From assembly GCA_963662465.1 (NCBI GenBank), contig OY759599.1, forward strand, positions 640,001 through 704,000: DNA of 64,000 nucleotides, in the 5' to 3' direction. Positions 18,296-28,913 of the stretch are shown piece after piece. Under the pieces are notes generated by a model. That model worked only from the letters and a program-made list of their open reading frames with translations. It searched no databases and was not told the DNA's origin. The position numbers and the translations under genes are program-made. Origin of the DNA: Desulfatiglandales bacterium (lineage in GTDB: Bacteria > Desulfobacterota > DSM-4660 > Desulfatiglandales > Desulfatiglandaceae). The stretch's first letter is position 1, and each line of letters opens with the position of its first letter.

Positions 18296-20050
18296 CATGC
18301 GCTGTCTTTTGACGCATCATCCATCGGGAGAGATCATCGATGATCAGATAAAATGACGGCACCATCACCAGTGTGATCACGGTGGCGAAAAGGACACCGA
18401 ATCCCAGGGAGATGGCCATGGGGATCATCATGCGCGCCTGGAACGATTTTTCCAGTATTATGGGCATCAGCCCGCCGAAAGTGGTCACCGTGGTCAGGAG
18501 TATGGGTCTGAAGCGTTGGATGCCCGCGGCATGAATCGCTTTTGTGGGAGCAATGCCGGCACGAACGTTGCGATTGGCCAGATCGATCAATACCAGTGAG
18601 TCGTTGACCACCACCCCCGACAGGGCCACCACGCCGAAAATGCTGTTCACCGACAGGGAGTAGCCCATCAGGATATGGCCTAAAACGGCGCCGATCATGC
18701 CGAAGGGAATACTGAACATGATGATCACCGGCTGGATGTAACTCCTGAAAGGAATGGCCAGCAGCGCATAGATGCCGAACAATGCCAGAAGCAATCCGGA
18801 AAAAAGGGAAGAAAGGCTCTCGCGGATGTCGGCCTGGTGGCCTTCGAAGTTGTAAGAGAGGCCCGGATAACGGTTCATCAGATCGGGCAGAATTTTCGAT
18901 TTTAGTTCCCGCTGGATATTCTCCGACTGGGCAGGTGGTGTGACATTGGCCGTCACCTCGATATTTCGGCGACCGTTGGTGCGTTCGATGGAGGTGTAGG
19001 CCCTGCCGGCGGTCATCTGCACGGCGTCCCGCAGAAAGACCTCGCCCTCGGGCGCCAACAGAATCAAATCCTCCAGGGTTGCCTCGGATGCCCGTTCGTT
19101 CTCCGGCAGACTCACGCGCACGGTCACTTCGTTGCGGCCGCGCTGCTGCCGCAACGCTTCAGCCCCCTGAAAGGCATAACGCACCTGACTGGCCACGGCC
19201 TGGGAGGTGAGGCCCATGCGTTCTCCCAGTGGCTGCAGTTTGATGTCGAACTGGCGTTTTCCCTGGGCCGACCCGTCGTCGATATCGTGCACAATGGAGA
19301 ATTGGGACAACTGATCCGCCAGTTGTTCGCCGGCCGTTTCCAGGGTGTCCGTGTTATTGTGGCTGAGCATGACGGTGAGGTTCTTGCCCGAACCGGGACC
19401 CCCCATATTGGATTCGAAGCGAATGGTTTCCAGACCGGCAATGGTCCCGGTGTTTTTGCGCCATAGATCCACCACCCGGGAGGTGGCCATGGGCCGTTTT
19501 TCGGCGGCGGTGAGATAGATGCGAACCGTAACGGCGTTGTTTGCCACATCGCTGAGTACACCCTTGGCCAGCCGGGATCCGCCGTTTTCCGCAACCACGG
19601 CCCTGGCGCTGTCCACCAGACGTTTTTCAACGGTTTTGAGGCGCGCTTCGGATGTGCCGTAGGGGAGGGTGGCGCCGCAATAGGCATAGTCCGATTCCGT
19701 GCTGGGGAACATCTCCATGCCCATGCGCCCGGAGGTCACATACCCTGCCAGCCCTATCATCATGGCAATGCCGAAAGCCAGCACGGCATACCGGCGCCGG
19801 ATGGTAAACCCGAGAAAAGCGCCGTAACGGTTGCGCACAAACACCTCGAATGCCGCACTGAACTTCTTCTGCCGGCGTTCCAGATGGTTGAGCGGCCAGA
19901 ATGCCTCACGCTCTCGGCTGTGCCCCAGGTGGGCGGGCAAAATAAAAATGCTTTCGATCAGCGAAACACCGAACACTGCCGCAACCACCAGGGGAATGAC
20001 CTTAAAGATCTTGCCCATGATGCCGGGAATGAACATCAGCGGCAGAAAAG
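18288..20050 (-). pseudogene. RND (AcrB-like) permease, C-terminal half only; original C-terminus displaced by the IS to 16768-16844
   Basis: GVVVNDSLVL, RFRPILLTTVTT; N-terminal half missing; frame resumes after the TSD (ESKAETAA...LDS*). Confidence 0.85.
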
Positions 20051-20206
20051 GCCGGCCGCCAATGTGGCCACCCAGTTGCTGAACAGGAGGTTGAGGGCGT
20101 CACTGGAAAATTCGGCCGCGGCTGACAGGGTGACGGCCGGCAGCCAATTGGCCCGGGCCGCGCTGACCTGCCAGTCCGCCTCTTTAAGGCGCAGACCCGC
20201 TGCACG
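20047..20206 (-). pseudogene. Fragment of an outer-membrane efflux factor fused to the RND remnant
   Basis: Translates RAAGLRLKEADWQVSAARANWLPAVTLS...NWVATLAAGL, resembling an OEP repeat. Confidence 0.6.
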
Positions 20207-20382
20207 ATACCGGTCAAATGGCCATGATTACAACCCCGATGTTGAGGGCCACCGAAAACAGCGTCAATAGTCGTTTATGAAAGAGATTCACGGTAAAAGT
20301 CCTTTGCCGGCTCTGAAGGCCCGCAGCGTCTTGCGGGAAAGCGCGGCCGGTGCTGCCTTGGGTGGCAACTCGTCCAATGCGG

Positions 20383-22035
20383 CTACGATCCGTTTCCCTC
20401 CATCTCGTACTTTTTCAGTTTTCGATAAAGGGATGCGAGCCCAATATTCAGTTTTTCCGCTGCCAGCTTTTTATTGCCGTTTGTCATCTCCAAAGCGGCT
20501 AGAATATAGCTGCGCTCGATCTGGGCGAGTGGGCGGATGCCGTCGTGTTCTTCGGGCCTTGCAACACCTTTTAGAAGGGAACGAGGCAGATCGTCCAGTT
20601 GGATAACACCGTTTGCGCACAGGGCCACGGTTCTTTCCACCATATTCTGAAGTTCCCGGACGTTGCCCGGCCAGGCGTAGAGCAGCATGTGTTCCGCGGC
20701 CCCCGGCGAAAACCCGTTCATGGAACGGCCCATGTTTTTCGCAATTTTATCAAGAAAGAAGCGGGCCAGCGGCAGGATATCCTCCGTCCGTTCCCGAAGG
20801 GGCGGAACGGCGAGTTCGATAACGCACAGGCGATAATAAAGGTCACGGCGAAAACGACCCGCTTCAACTTCGCCCTCGATGTTGCGATTGGTGGCGGCGA
20901 TCACCTTCACATCTACGGGCCGAGACTTGTTTTCCCCCACGCGACGCACCTCTTTTTCCTGTAGAACGCGAAGGAGTTTTGTTTGCATGTCCTGAGGCAT
21001 TTCTCCAACCTCGTCAAGTAACAGGGTCCCGCCGTTGGCTGCTTCAAAGAGACCGGTGCGGTCACTGTCGGCCCCGGTGAAGGCCCCTTTGGCGTGTCCA
21101 AAAAATTCGCTTTCGAGCAGCGTTTCCGTGATGGCGCCGCAGTTCACCGCTACAAAAGGCCTTCCGGCGCGTGCGGATTCATCGTGAATGAACCGTGCGA
21201 TCATTTCCTTCCCGACGCCGCATTCTCCGGTGATAATGACGGATGAGTCAACCTTGGCGGCGCGTGCGGCCAGATCCAGCAGTTGCCTCATCGTCCGACT
21301 GCTCGTTATGATCCCCGATGGGTAAACATCACTGTCAAAGAGCTTCTTAAGTTGCCGGAGGCGCCTCTCGGACCGCCGCAGCCTGTCCGTAACACCCTTG
21401 AGTGCACCGTCTATGGTCTGTTCCTTGAAGAAAGGCAGATGCTCATCAATTGTTTTTCCCCAGCCTTCTTTGCTGCGACTTTCAATGTAGCAAACATTAT
21501 CTCCCTTTCCGCGACACTTATGTTCGATGCAATAGATCTCACGCCTCTGCATGCGGCTGATATACCCGCTTACGTAGCCCGTCAGGGTCCAGCACACCGG
21601 TTCACCGGAGATCCCCAAGTGGATAAGATGCTGCTCGGCTTCGTAAGAGTCCTTCCAGATGCATGTCACTTTATTATTGATAGGATCGTCCATATCGATA
21701 GCGCTGAATTCTCTCGCATCAACCATCCCCTTCAACATATGCAGGATCGGCCCACATGTATAATCCTTCAACAACTCGGGGTATTCGGAACCGAGGCTGT
21801 CAGCTGTTAACCACCCATCGGCATAACCGAGACGGGTGAGGAAATTCCGCGCCATCGATAAACCGAGGCTGTTTATGAGGTCTTTACGCAGGAGACCCAT
21901 GGCGCTGGCGTTGATCAGAAGGGAGCGATGCCCTATGAAATGCATTACGCCGCCTTTAGGCCTAAAGGCGAGAAGTTTGCCGAGATCCAAGTCTTTTGCT
22001 TTCATCCAAGTCCCCCGTTTGAGTTTTGCATGCAA
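20383..22035 (-). CDS. sigma54-dependent activator, XylR/DmpR type (XylR_N + V4R + AAA+ + HTH)
   Basis: SYEAEQH...PVCW...GY.SGY...E.KC...C (V4R), [23 protein letters not shown]-terminal HTH. Confidence 0.93.
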   Translation of the reverse strand: MHAKLKRGTWMKAKDLDLGKLLAFRPKGGVMHFIGHRSLLINASAMGLLRKDLINSLGLSMARNFLTRLGYADGWLTADSLGSEYPELLKDYTCGPILHMLKGMVDAREFSAIDMDDPINNKVTCIWKDSYEAEQHLIHLGISGEPVCWTLTGYVSGYISRMQRREIYCIEHKCRGKGDNVCYIESRSKEGWGKTIDEHLPFFKEQTIDGALKGVTDRLRRSERRLRQLKKLFDSDVYPSGIITSSRTMRQLLDLAARAAKVDSSVIITGECGVGKEMIARFIHDESARAGRPFVAVNCGAITETLLESEFFGHAKGAFTGADSDRTGLFEAANGGTLLLDEVGEMPQDMQTKLLRVLQEKEVRRVGENKSRPVDVKVIAATNRNIEGEVEAGRFRRDLYYRLCVIELAVPPLRERTEDILPLARFFLDKIAKNMGRSMNGFSPGAAEHMLLYAWPGNVRELQNMVERTVALCANGVIQLDDLPRSLLKGVARPEEHDGIRPLAQIERSYILAALEMTNGNKKLAAEKLNIGLASLYRKLKKYEMEGNGS

Positions 22036-22050
22036 TTCAATCCTAGCATT

Positions 22051-22088
22051 TTCTCAAAGTGAGAGCAATTATTTTCTCATAATGATAA
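22051..22088. promoter_or_regulatory. Tandem palindromic UAS candidates for the activator
   Basis: TTCTCA-AAG-TGAGAG and TTCTCA-TAA-TGATAA, 23 bp apart, about 65-100 bp upstream of the -24/-12 site. Confidence 0.6.
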
Positions 22089-22152
22089 TTTAATTTATGC
22101 ACGTTGCATGTAACTATTTATAATTAATGGTATTATTTTCGGTGAACAGCTC

Positions 22153-22168
22153 TGGCACATTGCTTGCT
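22153..22168 (+). promoter_or_regulatory. sigma54 -24/-12 promoter
   Basis: TGGCAC-ATTGC-TTGCT matches TGGCAC-N5-TTGC(A/T). Confidence 0.88.
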
Positions 22169-22268
22169 TTGAAATAGCACAAAAGATTTTACAGTCGCCT
22201 GTTTTCATAGGGCTCAGCAATGGCGGGCAGTTAATCTCTGCCCGTTCAATTCCAAAGGAGGTGCAGAC

Positions 22269-23735
22269 ATGTCAGAAAGCGGTGCACTGGAAAAGATTGT
22301 CGGCAAGAAGAATGTTCTTTATGACCCGGCCATCCTGGGGGAGTATTCTTCGGATTCAAGTTTTGTTCCCCCCATGAGGCCGCGGTGCGTTGTGAAACCT
22401 TCAACGGCCGCGCAGGTGCAGGATCTTGTTAAGTGGGCCAACGAGACGACAACCCCCCTTGTACCGGTTAGCTCAGGCCCACCCCATTTCCGGGGCGACA
22501 CGGTTCCGGGTGTAGGCGGATCGATCATCATGGATCTGAGCGGGATGAAGAAGGTGATCCGGGTCGATTCCAGGAACCGGGTTGCCATGGTTGAGCCGGG
22601 CGTCACCTTCGGAGAGCTTCAGTCTGAACTGAAGAAGGCGGGGCTGTCCGCCTATATGCCCTTGTGCCCCAGGAGTTCCAAATCCGTCATGGGGAGCATG
22701 TTGGAAAGGGAGCCCATTACCATGCCCGGCCAACATTGGGACTCCCTCGACCCCTTCCTTTGCGCGGAGATCATCTTCGGTACGGGGGATAAGCTCAGAA
22801 GCGGTGAAGCGGCCGGGCCGGATTCCATTGAGGATCAGTGGAAAATCGGAAAGGCCCAGATGGTGCCTTTCGGGCTTGGCCAGTTTGATGAAAGCCGCCT
22901 CATATCGGGTGCCCAGGGCACCATCGGGATCACCACGTGGGCAACCCTCAAGTGCAGGCCTTTACCGGAATTGACCCGGACGTTTCTGATCACTTCGGAG
23001 ACCGTCGGCCCTTTGCTCGATCTCAGCTATCGGCTCATACGCTTCAGGCTTGGCGAGACGTGCTTCATCGTAAACGATCTGAACCTGGCATCCCTTCTTG
23101 CGCAAGGTCCCGAAGAGATCAAAGATCTGAGAGGTCCTCTCCCCCGGTGGATCCTTGTGACGACTTTCGAAGGGGTTGGCGCACTGCCGGAAGAGAAGGT
23201 GGCGTATCAGGAGGCCGATTTTCGGGATATGCTGTCTCATACCGGCAATCTCAAGGTTGCGAACTCCCTGGGCGGATTCAGCGCCGACCATGTGGGCGCC
23301 CTGCTCAAGAGACCCTCCGCGGAACCCTACTGGAAACTCAGGTACAAAGGGGCCTGCGAAGAACTCTTCTTTCTTACGACACTGGACAAAACGCCTGCCT
23401 TCCTTGGGGCAATGCCTGCCCTTGCACAGTCCCATCGCCTTTCAGCGGAGGAGATGGGCGTCTATATCCAGCCCATTGTCCAGGGCACGAGCTGTCACCT
23501 GGAATTCGACCTGTTTTATGATGCGGCCCATGCGGCCCAAGGGGAACGGGTGAGATCCCTGGTTGTCGATGGTGCAAAAGATCTGGCGAACATGGGGGCA
23601 TTCTTCTCCAGACCTTATGGCCCCTGGGCGGATATTGCATACAGCCGGGCAGCGGAGACCAACATCCTCCAGCGAAAAGTGAAAAAGATATTCGACCCCA
23701 ATAACGTCCTAAATCCGGGAAAATTGTGTTTTTAA
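22269..23735 (+). CDS. FAD-linked oxidoreductase (VAO/PCMH/GlcD family)
   Basis: VVKP...Q, DLSGM...VEPGVT, GAQGTIGI, C-terminal FDPNNVLNPGK. Confidence 0.9.
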   Translation: MSESGALEKIVGKKNVLYDPAILGEYSSDSSFVPPMRPRCVVKPSTAAQVQDLVKWANETTTPLVPVSSGPPHFRGDTVPGVGGSIIMDLSGMKKVIRVDSRNRVAMVEPGVTFGELQSELKKAGLSAYMPLCPRSSKSVMGSMLEREPITMPGQHWDSLDPFLCAEIIFGTGDKLRSGEAAGPDSIEDQWKIGKAQMVPFGLGQFDESRLISGAQGTIGITTWATLKCRPLPELTRTFLITSETVGPLLDLSYRLIRFRLGETCFIVNDLNLASLLAQGPEEIKDLRGPLPRWILVTTFEGVGALPEEKVAYQEADFRDMLSHTGNLKVANSLGGFSADHVGALLKRPSAEPYWKLRYKGACEELFFLTTLDKTPAFLGAMPALAQSHRLSAEEMGVYIQPIVQGTSCHLEFDLFYDAAHAAQGERVRSLVVDGAKDLANMGAFFSRPYGPWADIAYSRAAETNILQRKVKKIFDPNNVLNPGKLCF

Positions 23736-23748
23736 GGAGGGAACAGAT

Positions 23749-24045
23749 ATGGCAATAGACGGAACATATGACATCCTTGTCAAGACGCTGAAAGGCAGGC
23801 AGGAAGGCAGATTGGTATTTGATACGGACGGTTCCACCTTGACGGGCGCCTCGGACAGTGGGGGAGAGGTGGTGGAGATCCTGGACGGGAATGTGGACGG
23901 CAACGAATTCCAGTTCAAAGTGAAACAGAAAACCCCCATCGGCAGGTTGAGCATCAAATTCAAGGGGACGGTGGACGGCGATAAGATTTCGGGGAAGGTA
24001 AAGACGCCATTCGGTCCATCGCCATTCGAGGGTGCGAGGGTATAG
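23749..24045 (+). CDS. Small hypothetical beta-rich protein
   Basis: AAGGAGG RBS; lies inside the operon. Confidence 0.7.
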   Translation: MAIDGTYDILVKTLKGRQEGRLVFDTDGSTLTGASDSGGEVVEILDGNVDGNEFQFKVKQKTPIGRLSIKFKGTVDGDKISGKVKTPFGPSPFEGARV

Positions 24046-24090
24046 ACTCCGGAATCTTTATCCGGAACAAAAATGCGGGGAGGTATCACG

Positions 24091-25365
24091 ATGGCATTAG
24101 AAGATTACGAACACGATTCACTGCGTTGCATACGGTGCTCATATTGTAAGTGGATTCCATGGGAAAACATGCGTCATCCGGACTACATGGCAGGCTGTCC
24201 GTCCGCGGCGAGGTACCATTTTCACGCCTATGCCTCGGGTGGAAAGTTCAATATGGCGTATGCCATGATGAAGGGAAGGATCGACTATACGGACGGCTTT
24301 CTGGATGCGCTCTACCGATGTCAGATGTGTGGCAGCTGTGATGTTTCCTGTAAGGCCTGGAATGAGATAGAGCCGTTGCAGAGTATGCAGGAGTTGCGCA
24401 TCAAATGCGTCGAAGACGGCCAGATACTGCCTGAACATATGTTTGTCATCGAAGGTCTCAAGAAAGAGGATAATATGATGCAGGCCAAGAAGGCCGATCG
24501 CGGGAAATGGGCCGATGGCATTGCCGTGAAAGATCTTTCCCAAGAAAAGGCCAAGGTCGCCTTTTGGGCCGGATGCAGATACTCCTTTGATGAAGACCTT
24601 TGGCCCATTGTCAGGGGCGGGCTCTCCCTCCTTCTCGATGCGGGGGTTGATGCAGGCATCTGGGGAAAAGAGGAAGTCTGTTGTGGTGGGCGGGCCTACT
24701 CCATGGGATTCGCCGGCGAGCTCACCAAATATGCGGACCACAATCTGGAAGCGCTCAAGACTGCGGGCGTGGAGACGCTTGTGACGCCCTGCTCCGATTG
24801 CTACCAACACTATAAAGTCCTTTACGACAAGATCGGCAAGAAACCGGAGGTGGAGATCCTTCATCTGACGGAATATCTCCATCGCCTGATCAAAGACGGC
24901 GCCATTCAATTTACCAAGGAAATTCCGCTGACCGTGACCTACCATGACCCCTGCCATCTGGGTCGCCTTTCCGAGCCATGGGTACACTGGAAAGGCGAAG
25001 AAATCAAGGTGCTTAACCAGATGATCTGCCATGATCCTCCAAAAAAATACAGGCGGGGGGCCAACGGCGTCTATGACATCCCGAGGGAAATTTTGAAAAG
25101 CATCCCGGGAATCAGACTTGTGGAGATGTACCGGATCAGGGAATCCGCCTGGTGCTGCGGGGCCGGAGGCGGCGTTAAAGAGGCATTCCCCGGTTTTTCC
25201 AATTGGACCGCCACGGAGCGTCTGAAAGAGGCAAACGCCGTGGGCGCCGAAGCCCTTGCCACGGCTTGCGGCTGGTGTCGACGCAACTTCATCGACGCCA
25301 TGGAACAGGGGCCGGAGAAGATTGCCGTATACGACATTGTGGAACTTGTGCGGCAAGCCATGTAG
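24091..25365 (+). CDS. Fe-S oxidoreductase (GlcF/HdrD-like, CCG domains)
   Basis: CxxCxxC, CxxCGSCxxxC, CCGG, HDPCHLGR, CCGAGGG. Confidence 0.9.
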   Translation: MALEDYEHDSLRCIRCSYCKWIPWENMRHPDYMAGCPSAARYHFHAYASGGKFNMAYAMMKGRIDYTDGFLDALYRCQMCGSCDVSCKAWNEIEPLQSMQELRIKCVEDGQILPEHMFVIEGLKKEDNMMQAKKADRGKWADGIAVKDLSQEKAKVAFWAGCRYSFDEDLWPIVRGGLSLLLDAGVDAGIWGKEEVCCGGRAYSMGFAGELTKYADHNLEALKTAGVETLVTPCSDCYQHYKVLYDKIGKKPEVEILHLTEYLHRLIKDGAIQFTKEIPLTVTYHDPCHLGRLSEPWVHWKGEEIKVLNQMICHDPPKKYRRGANGVYDIPREILKSIPGIRLVEMYRIRESAWCCGAGGGVKEAFPGFSNWTATERLKEANAVGAEALATACGWCRRNFIDAMEQGPEKIAVYDIVELVRQAM

Positions 25366-25371
25366 CGGGAA

Positions 25372-27003
25372 ATGAAAAGAGAGGGGGATCATATGGATCA
25401 TATGGAATTAGCGAATGAGGCTTACCAGGCGTTGGAGGATATCGTAGGGCCTGAGAACGTAACCCGGGACCCGGCCATACGAGATACCTATAACCAGGTA
25501 TGGGGAAACAAACTCGTTTTCGATACAAAATTTTCAAACCGTCCGGCCGCAGTGGTTCTGCCGGGAAGCACCAAGGAAGTACAGGCGGTCGTTCGGGTCT
25601 GTAACCGGTACAAGATCTCGTTCAAGCCCTTCTCTTCGGGCTTTGAAATCGTATCCACGTCCCTCGTGAGTGAAAACAGCATTCTTCTGGATCTGAAAAG
25701 AATGAACAGGATTCTGGAAATTGATACGAAAAACATGCATGCCGTGGTGGAACCCTATGTGTCCGTGTTCAGGCTCCAGATGGAGCTGGCGAAACAGGGC
25801 CTGTTTCTCGGTCCCATCTCCGCCGGCCCCGAGGCCGGGGTTATCGCCAGTTCATGCTGTCATTTCGGTTCCGGCAATACACAGGTTTTCACCGGAGGTC
25901 TGGGCCGCAACGTTCTCGGGTGCGAGTGGGTCCTGCCGACCGGAGAACTCCTCCGCATGGGTTCCGCTGAAACGGGCAACGGCTGGTTCTCCGCCGATGG
26001 ACCTGGCTTTGGCCTCAGGGGGATATTGAGGGGTCATTCGGGTGCGAACGGCGGAAACGGCGTGATTACAAAAGTAAGTCATAAGCTTTATCCCTGGTAC
26101 GGACCGCCCGAGTGGGAACTTGTGGGTTCGCCCCCGGGAATGAAACAACTTGAGAAAATACCGGATGGTTTCAAGTTCTTTGTCTTCACGTTTCCGACCG
26201 AAGAGGTTATGTATGATGCCGTTCGTGAAGTCGGACAGGCGGAAATTACCTATTCCATCATGCAGCTTCTGGATGGCATAAAGTCGGAAAGCAACGACGA
26301 GCTTTTCGCCATCATTCAGGAAATGATGACAAATGCGCCTCCGGATGTCCCCAACTTCGGCGACACGTCACTCATGATAATGATCGGCGGAAACACGGCT
26401 GGAGAGCTTGAATACCGTGAAAAATGCCTCTTCAAGGTATGCGGGAATTTAGGCGGCACGAGGGTTCCCCATCTCAATGAACCCGACTTCCTGGCATGGC
26501 GGTTCGGCCTCGTCATGTGGGGCTTTAACTGCGTGAAGGAGGCTTTCCGCCCCTGTTCCGAATTCTACATCACCCCCTGCACCGATGCCACCGAGGACAT
26601 GCTAAAGCTTCAACGCAAGGCCGCCGTCGATGCCATCATGCCGCACGTTCTGGAAGGAGAGCTGATGTTCGTGCCTTCGCCTCCCGGATTCCATCTGCCC
26701 TACGAGAACTATTCCACCGGGAGCCATCTGGAGAACCTTACCATGTACGACCCCTACGATGAGGAGTCTCTCGCGGGAATCAGAGAGCTGATCACGGAGA
26801 CCTTTGACCCCAGGGGAAAATTTAAATCCTTCGGCGTACCCTGTCTCGGCGGGGGACTCCAGATAGAGTCAGAGAGCCATGTGGTTCAAAACTGGGGGCC
26901 CATGTATGATCACTACGATGTGTGGCTCAGGAAGATTAAGGAGGCTCTGGATCCGAACTGCCTCGGCGACTGGTCCGCCTACGTGCCCCCGGTATTTCCG
27001 TAA
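25372..27003 (+). CDS. FAD-linked oxidoreductase (p-cresol methylhydroxylase-like), second subunit
   Basis: PAAVVLPGST, LDLKRMNRILEID, GRNVLGCEWVLPTG, KIKEALDPN. Confidence 0.88.
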   Translation: MKREGDHMDHMELANEAYQALEDIVGPENVTRDPAIRDTYNQVWGNKLVFDTKFSNRPAAVVLPGSTKEVQAVVRVCNRYKISFKPFSSGFEIVSTSLVSENSILLDLKRMNRILEIDTKNMHAVVEPYVSVFRLQMELAKQGLFLGPISAGPEAGVIASSCCHFGSGNTQVFTGGLGRNVLGCEWVLPTGELLRMGSAETGNGWFSADGPGFGLRGILRGHSGANGGNGVITKVSHKLYPWYGPPEWELVGSPPGMKQLEKIPDGFKFFVFTFPTEEVMYDAVREVGQAEITYSIMQLLDGIKSESNDELFAIIQEMMTNAPPDVPNFGDTSLMIMIGGNTAGELEYREKCLFKVCGNLGGTRVPHLNEPDFLAWRFGLVMWGFNCVKEAFRPCSEFYITPCTDATEDMLKLQRKAAVDAIMPHVLEGELMFVPSPPGFHLPYENYSTGSHLENLTMYDPYDEESLAGIRELITETFDPRGKFKSFGVPCLGGGLQIESESHVVQNWGPMYDHYDVWLRKIKEALDPNCLGDWSAYVPPVFP

Positions 27004-27057
27004 TGGGTTTTCCCGTAAATTGTCATATCAGTCGATTATAAATAAGGAGCCTAAAAA

Positions 27058-28065
27058 TTGGAACGAGACCGAATTCTCGTGGTGGTACAAAAAAAGGGTA
27101 TCGGCCCTGGCCGGCCCGCATCCATTGCCCTTGAAAATCTGAAAGCGGCGTCGCTGCTTTCACGGCAGGGATCAGGCGAGAGGGTGTGCGCCTGCGTGCT
27201 GGGTTCGGGCGTGGGTGAGTTTGCTATGGATATCGCCTTCTATGCGGAGGAAGTCTATGTGGTGGATCACCCGTTGCTTGGCCATTTTCAGGCGGATCTT
27301 TATGCCTGCGCCCTCGAGGCGGTGTGTCGGGCCGTGAACCCTTGCACCGTTCTCATGGGGCACCGGTATGAGAACAGTGAGGTGGGGCCGAAATTGTCAT
27401 GCAAGATGGGGAGGGATCTGATCACCGATTGCGTGAAAATAGAGAGAGAAAAAGAGACCGGCGCGCTTCTGTGTACTAAACCCATTTACGGGGGCAATGC
27501 CACGGCTGTTTTCGCGCTTCACGATCGCCCCCAGATGGTGACCATCAGGGCAAAGGCAACGGACGCGCTGGAGAAAGGGACGGCAAAAGGTGTGATCAAG
27601 ACCTTGGACTGCGCCCTTGACCCCTCCATGGGACTCACGGAATCCCTGGGTCTTGTTGCGGGAGAAGATGCCGTGGACCTTAATCAGGCGGAGGTCATTG
27701 TTGCCGGGGGCAGGGGAGTTAAGACCGAGGATGACTTTGAGACGTTAAAGGGGCTTGTGGCCGCCTTCAGGCGGCGTTTCGATAAAGTGGAGCTGGGGGC
27801 GAGCCGGGCCGTGGTGGATGCGGGCCTGCTGCCCCATTCCCGTCAGATCGGTCAGACGGGGGAGAAGGTCGCTCCGCAACTTTACATTGCCATTGCCATA
27901 TCCGGTTCCGCTCAACACATGGCGGGTGTTACCGGGGCCAAGAAGATTCTAACCATTAATAAAGATGCGGATGCGGCGATCTTCGGCGCTTCGGACTACG
28001 GCGTTGTCGGCAAGTATGAAGATATTGTCCCCGCATTCATCCGGAAATTAGAGGAACTATCGTGA
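27058..28065 (+). CDS. etfA: Electron transfer flavoprotein alpha subunit
   Basis: VAGGRG, GASRAVVDAG, QIGQTG, AISGSAQH, INKD. Confidence 0.93.
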   Translation: MERDRILVVVQKKGIGPGRPASIALENLKAASLLSRQGSGERVCACVLGSGVGEFAMDIAFYAEEVYVVDHPLLGHFQADLYACALEAVCRAVNPCTVLMGHRYENSEVGPKLSCKMGRDLITDCVKIEREKETGALLCTKPIYGGNATAVFALHDRPQMVTIRAKATDALEKGTAKGVIKTLDCALDPSMGLTESLGLVAGEDAVDLNQAEVIVAGGRGVKTEDDFETLKGLVAAFRRRFDKVELGASRAVVDAGLLPHSRQIGQTGEKVAPQLYIAIAISGSAQHMAGVTGAKKILTINKDADAAIFGASDYGVVGKYEDIVPAFIRKLEELS

Positions 28066-28859
28066 AAGCACCCACAATCATTGTTTGTATCAAGAATATC
28101 CCGGACCCGGAAGGACCTAAGGAAGCCTATGAGATTCACGGCGATATCAACAAAGTCGTGGTCGTGGGGATTCCACCGGTCATTAATCCGTACGATGAGA
28201 ATGCACTGGAACTGGCGATCCGGCTCAAGGAACGTTTCGGCGGAAAGGTCATTGCCCTCAATATGGCCGGGAAGGCCGTGAAGCCGGTCCTGAAGAAGGC
28301 GTTGAGCGTGGGGGCCGATGAGTTGATTTTATTGGAAGATCCGGCCTTCAAAGACCTGGGCAGTTATTCCACGGCCGAGGTTTTGAGTGCGGCCATTCGG
28401 AAGATTGGATCTTTTGACCTGATCCTAACCGGCAGACAGGCCGCTGACTGGGATTCCGGCCAGGTGGGCCTGCTCATGGGTGAAATGCTGAAAATTCCCG
28501 GCATAGCCCTGGTGCAAAAAGCGGAGATGGAAGACGGCATGGTGACGGTGGAAAAGTTGAAAAGAAACGGACACGAGAGGGTCCGGGCGCCCATGCCCGT
28601 TCTGCTGACCGTGAGCAGCGAGGTGGGCGATTTGAGATTTCCCACCCTTACGGCGATTAAGGCTGCGCTTAAAAAGCCCGTTGAGGTCTGGAACGCGTCG
28701 GATTTGGGTCTTGAGGCGGGCATCCTGAAGACGAAAGCCATACGGGCTGTCATTCCGCCGCCTTCCAACGAAAGGCAATGCTTGTATATGGAAGGCGCAA
28801 CGTCGCAGGAAAAAGGGGAAAATCTGGCCGTCAAGCTGCGGCGGGACAATGTCATATAA
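28062..28859 (+). CDS. etfB: Electron transfer flavoprotein beta subunit
   Basis: CIKNIPD, INPYDENALE, GRQAADWDSGQVG. Confidence 0.93.
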   Translation: MKAPTIIVCIKNIPDPEGPKEAYEIHGDINKVVVVGIPPVINPYDENALELAIRLKERFGGKVIALNMAGKAVKPVLKKALSVGADELILLEDPAFKDLGSYSTAEVLSAAIRKIGSFDLILTGRQAADWDSGQVGLLMGEMLKIPGIALVQKAEMEDGMVTVEKLKRNGHERVRAPMPVLLTVSSEVGDLRFPTLTAIKAALKKPVEVWNASDLGLEAGILKTKAIRAVIPPPSNERQCLYMEGATSQEKGENLAVKLRRDNVI

Positions 28860-28913
28860 AGCCGGACACAGAAAGTAAACGGACGAAATTATCAATTTAA
28901 GGAGGGGTAAATT

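Noticed and set aside
24139..25401. Long antisense ORFs (also 39158-40210, 49079-50212, 60031-61014)
   Set aside because: Shadow frames of well-supported GC-rich genes on the other strand
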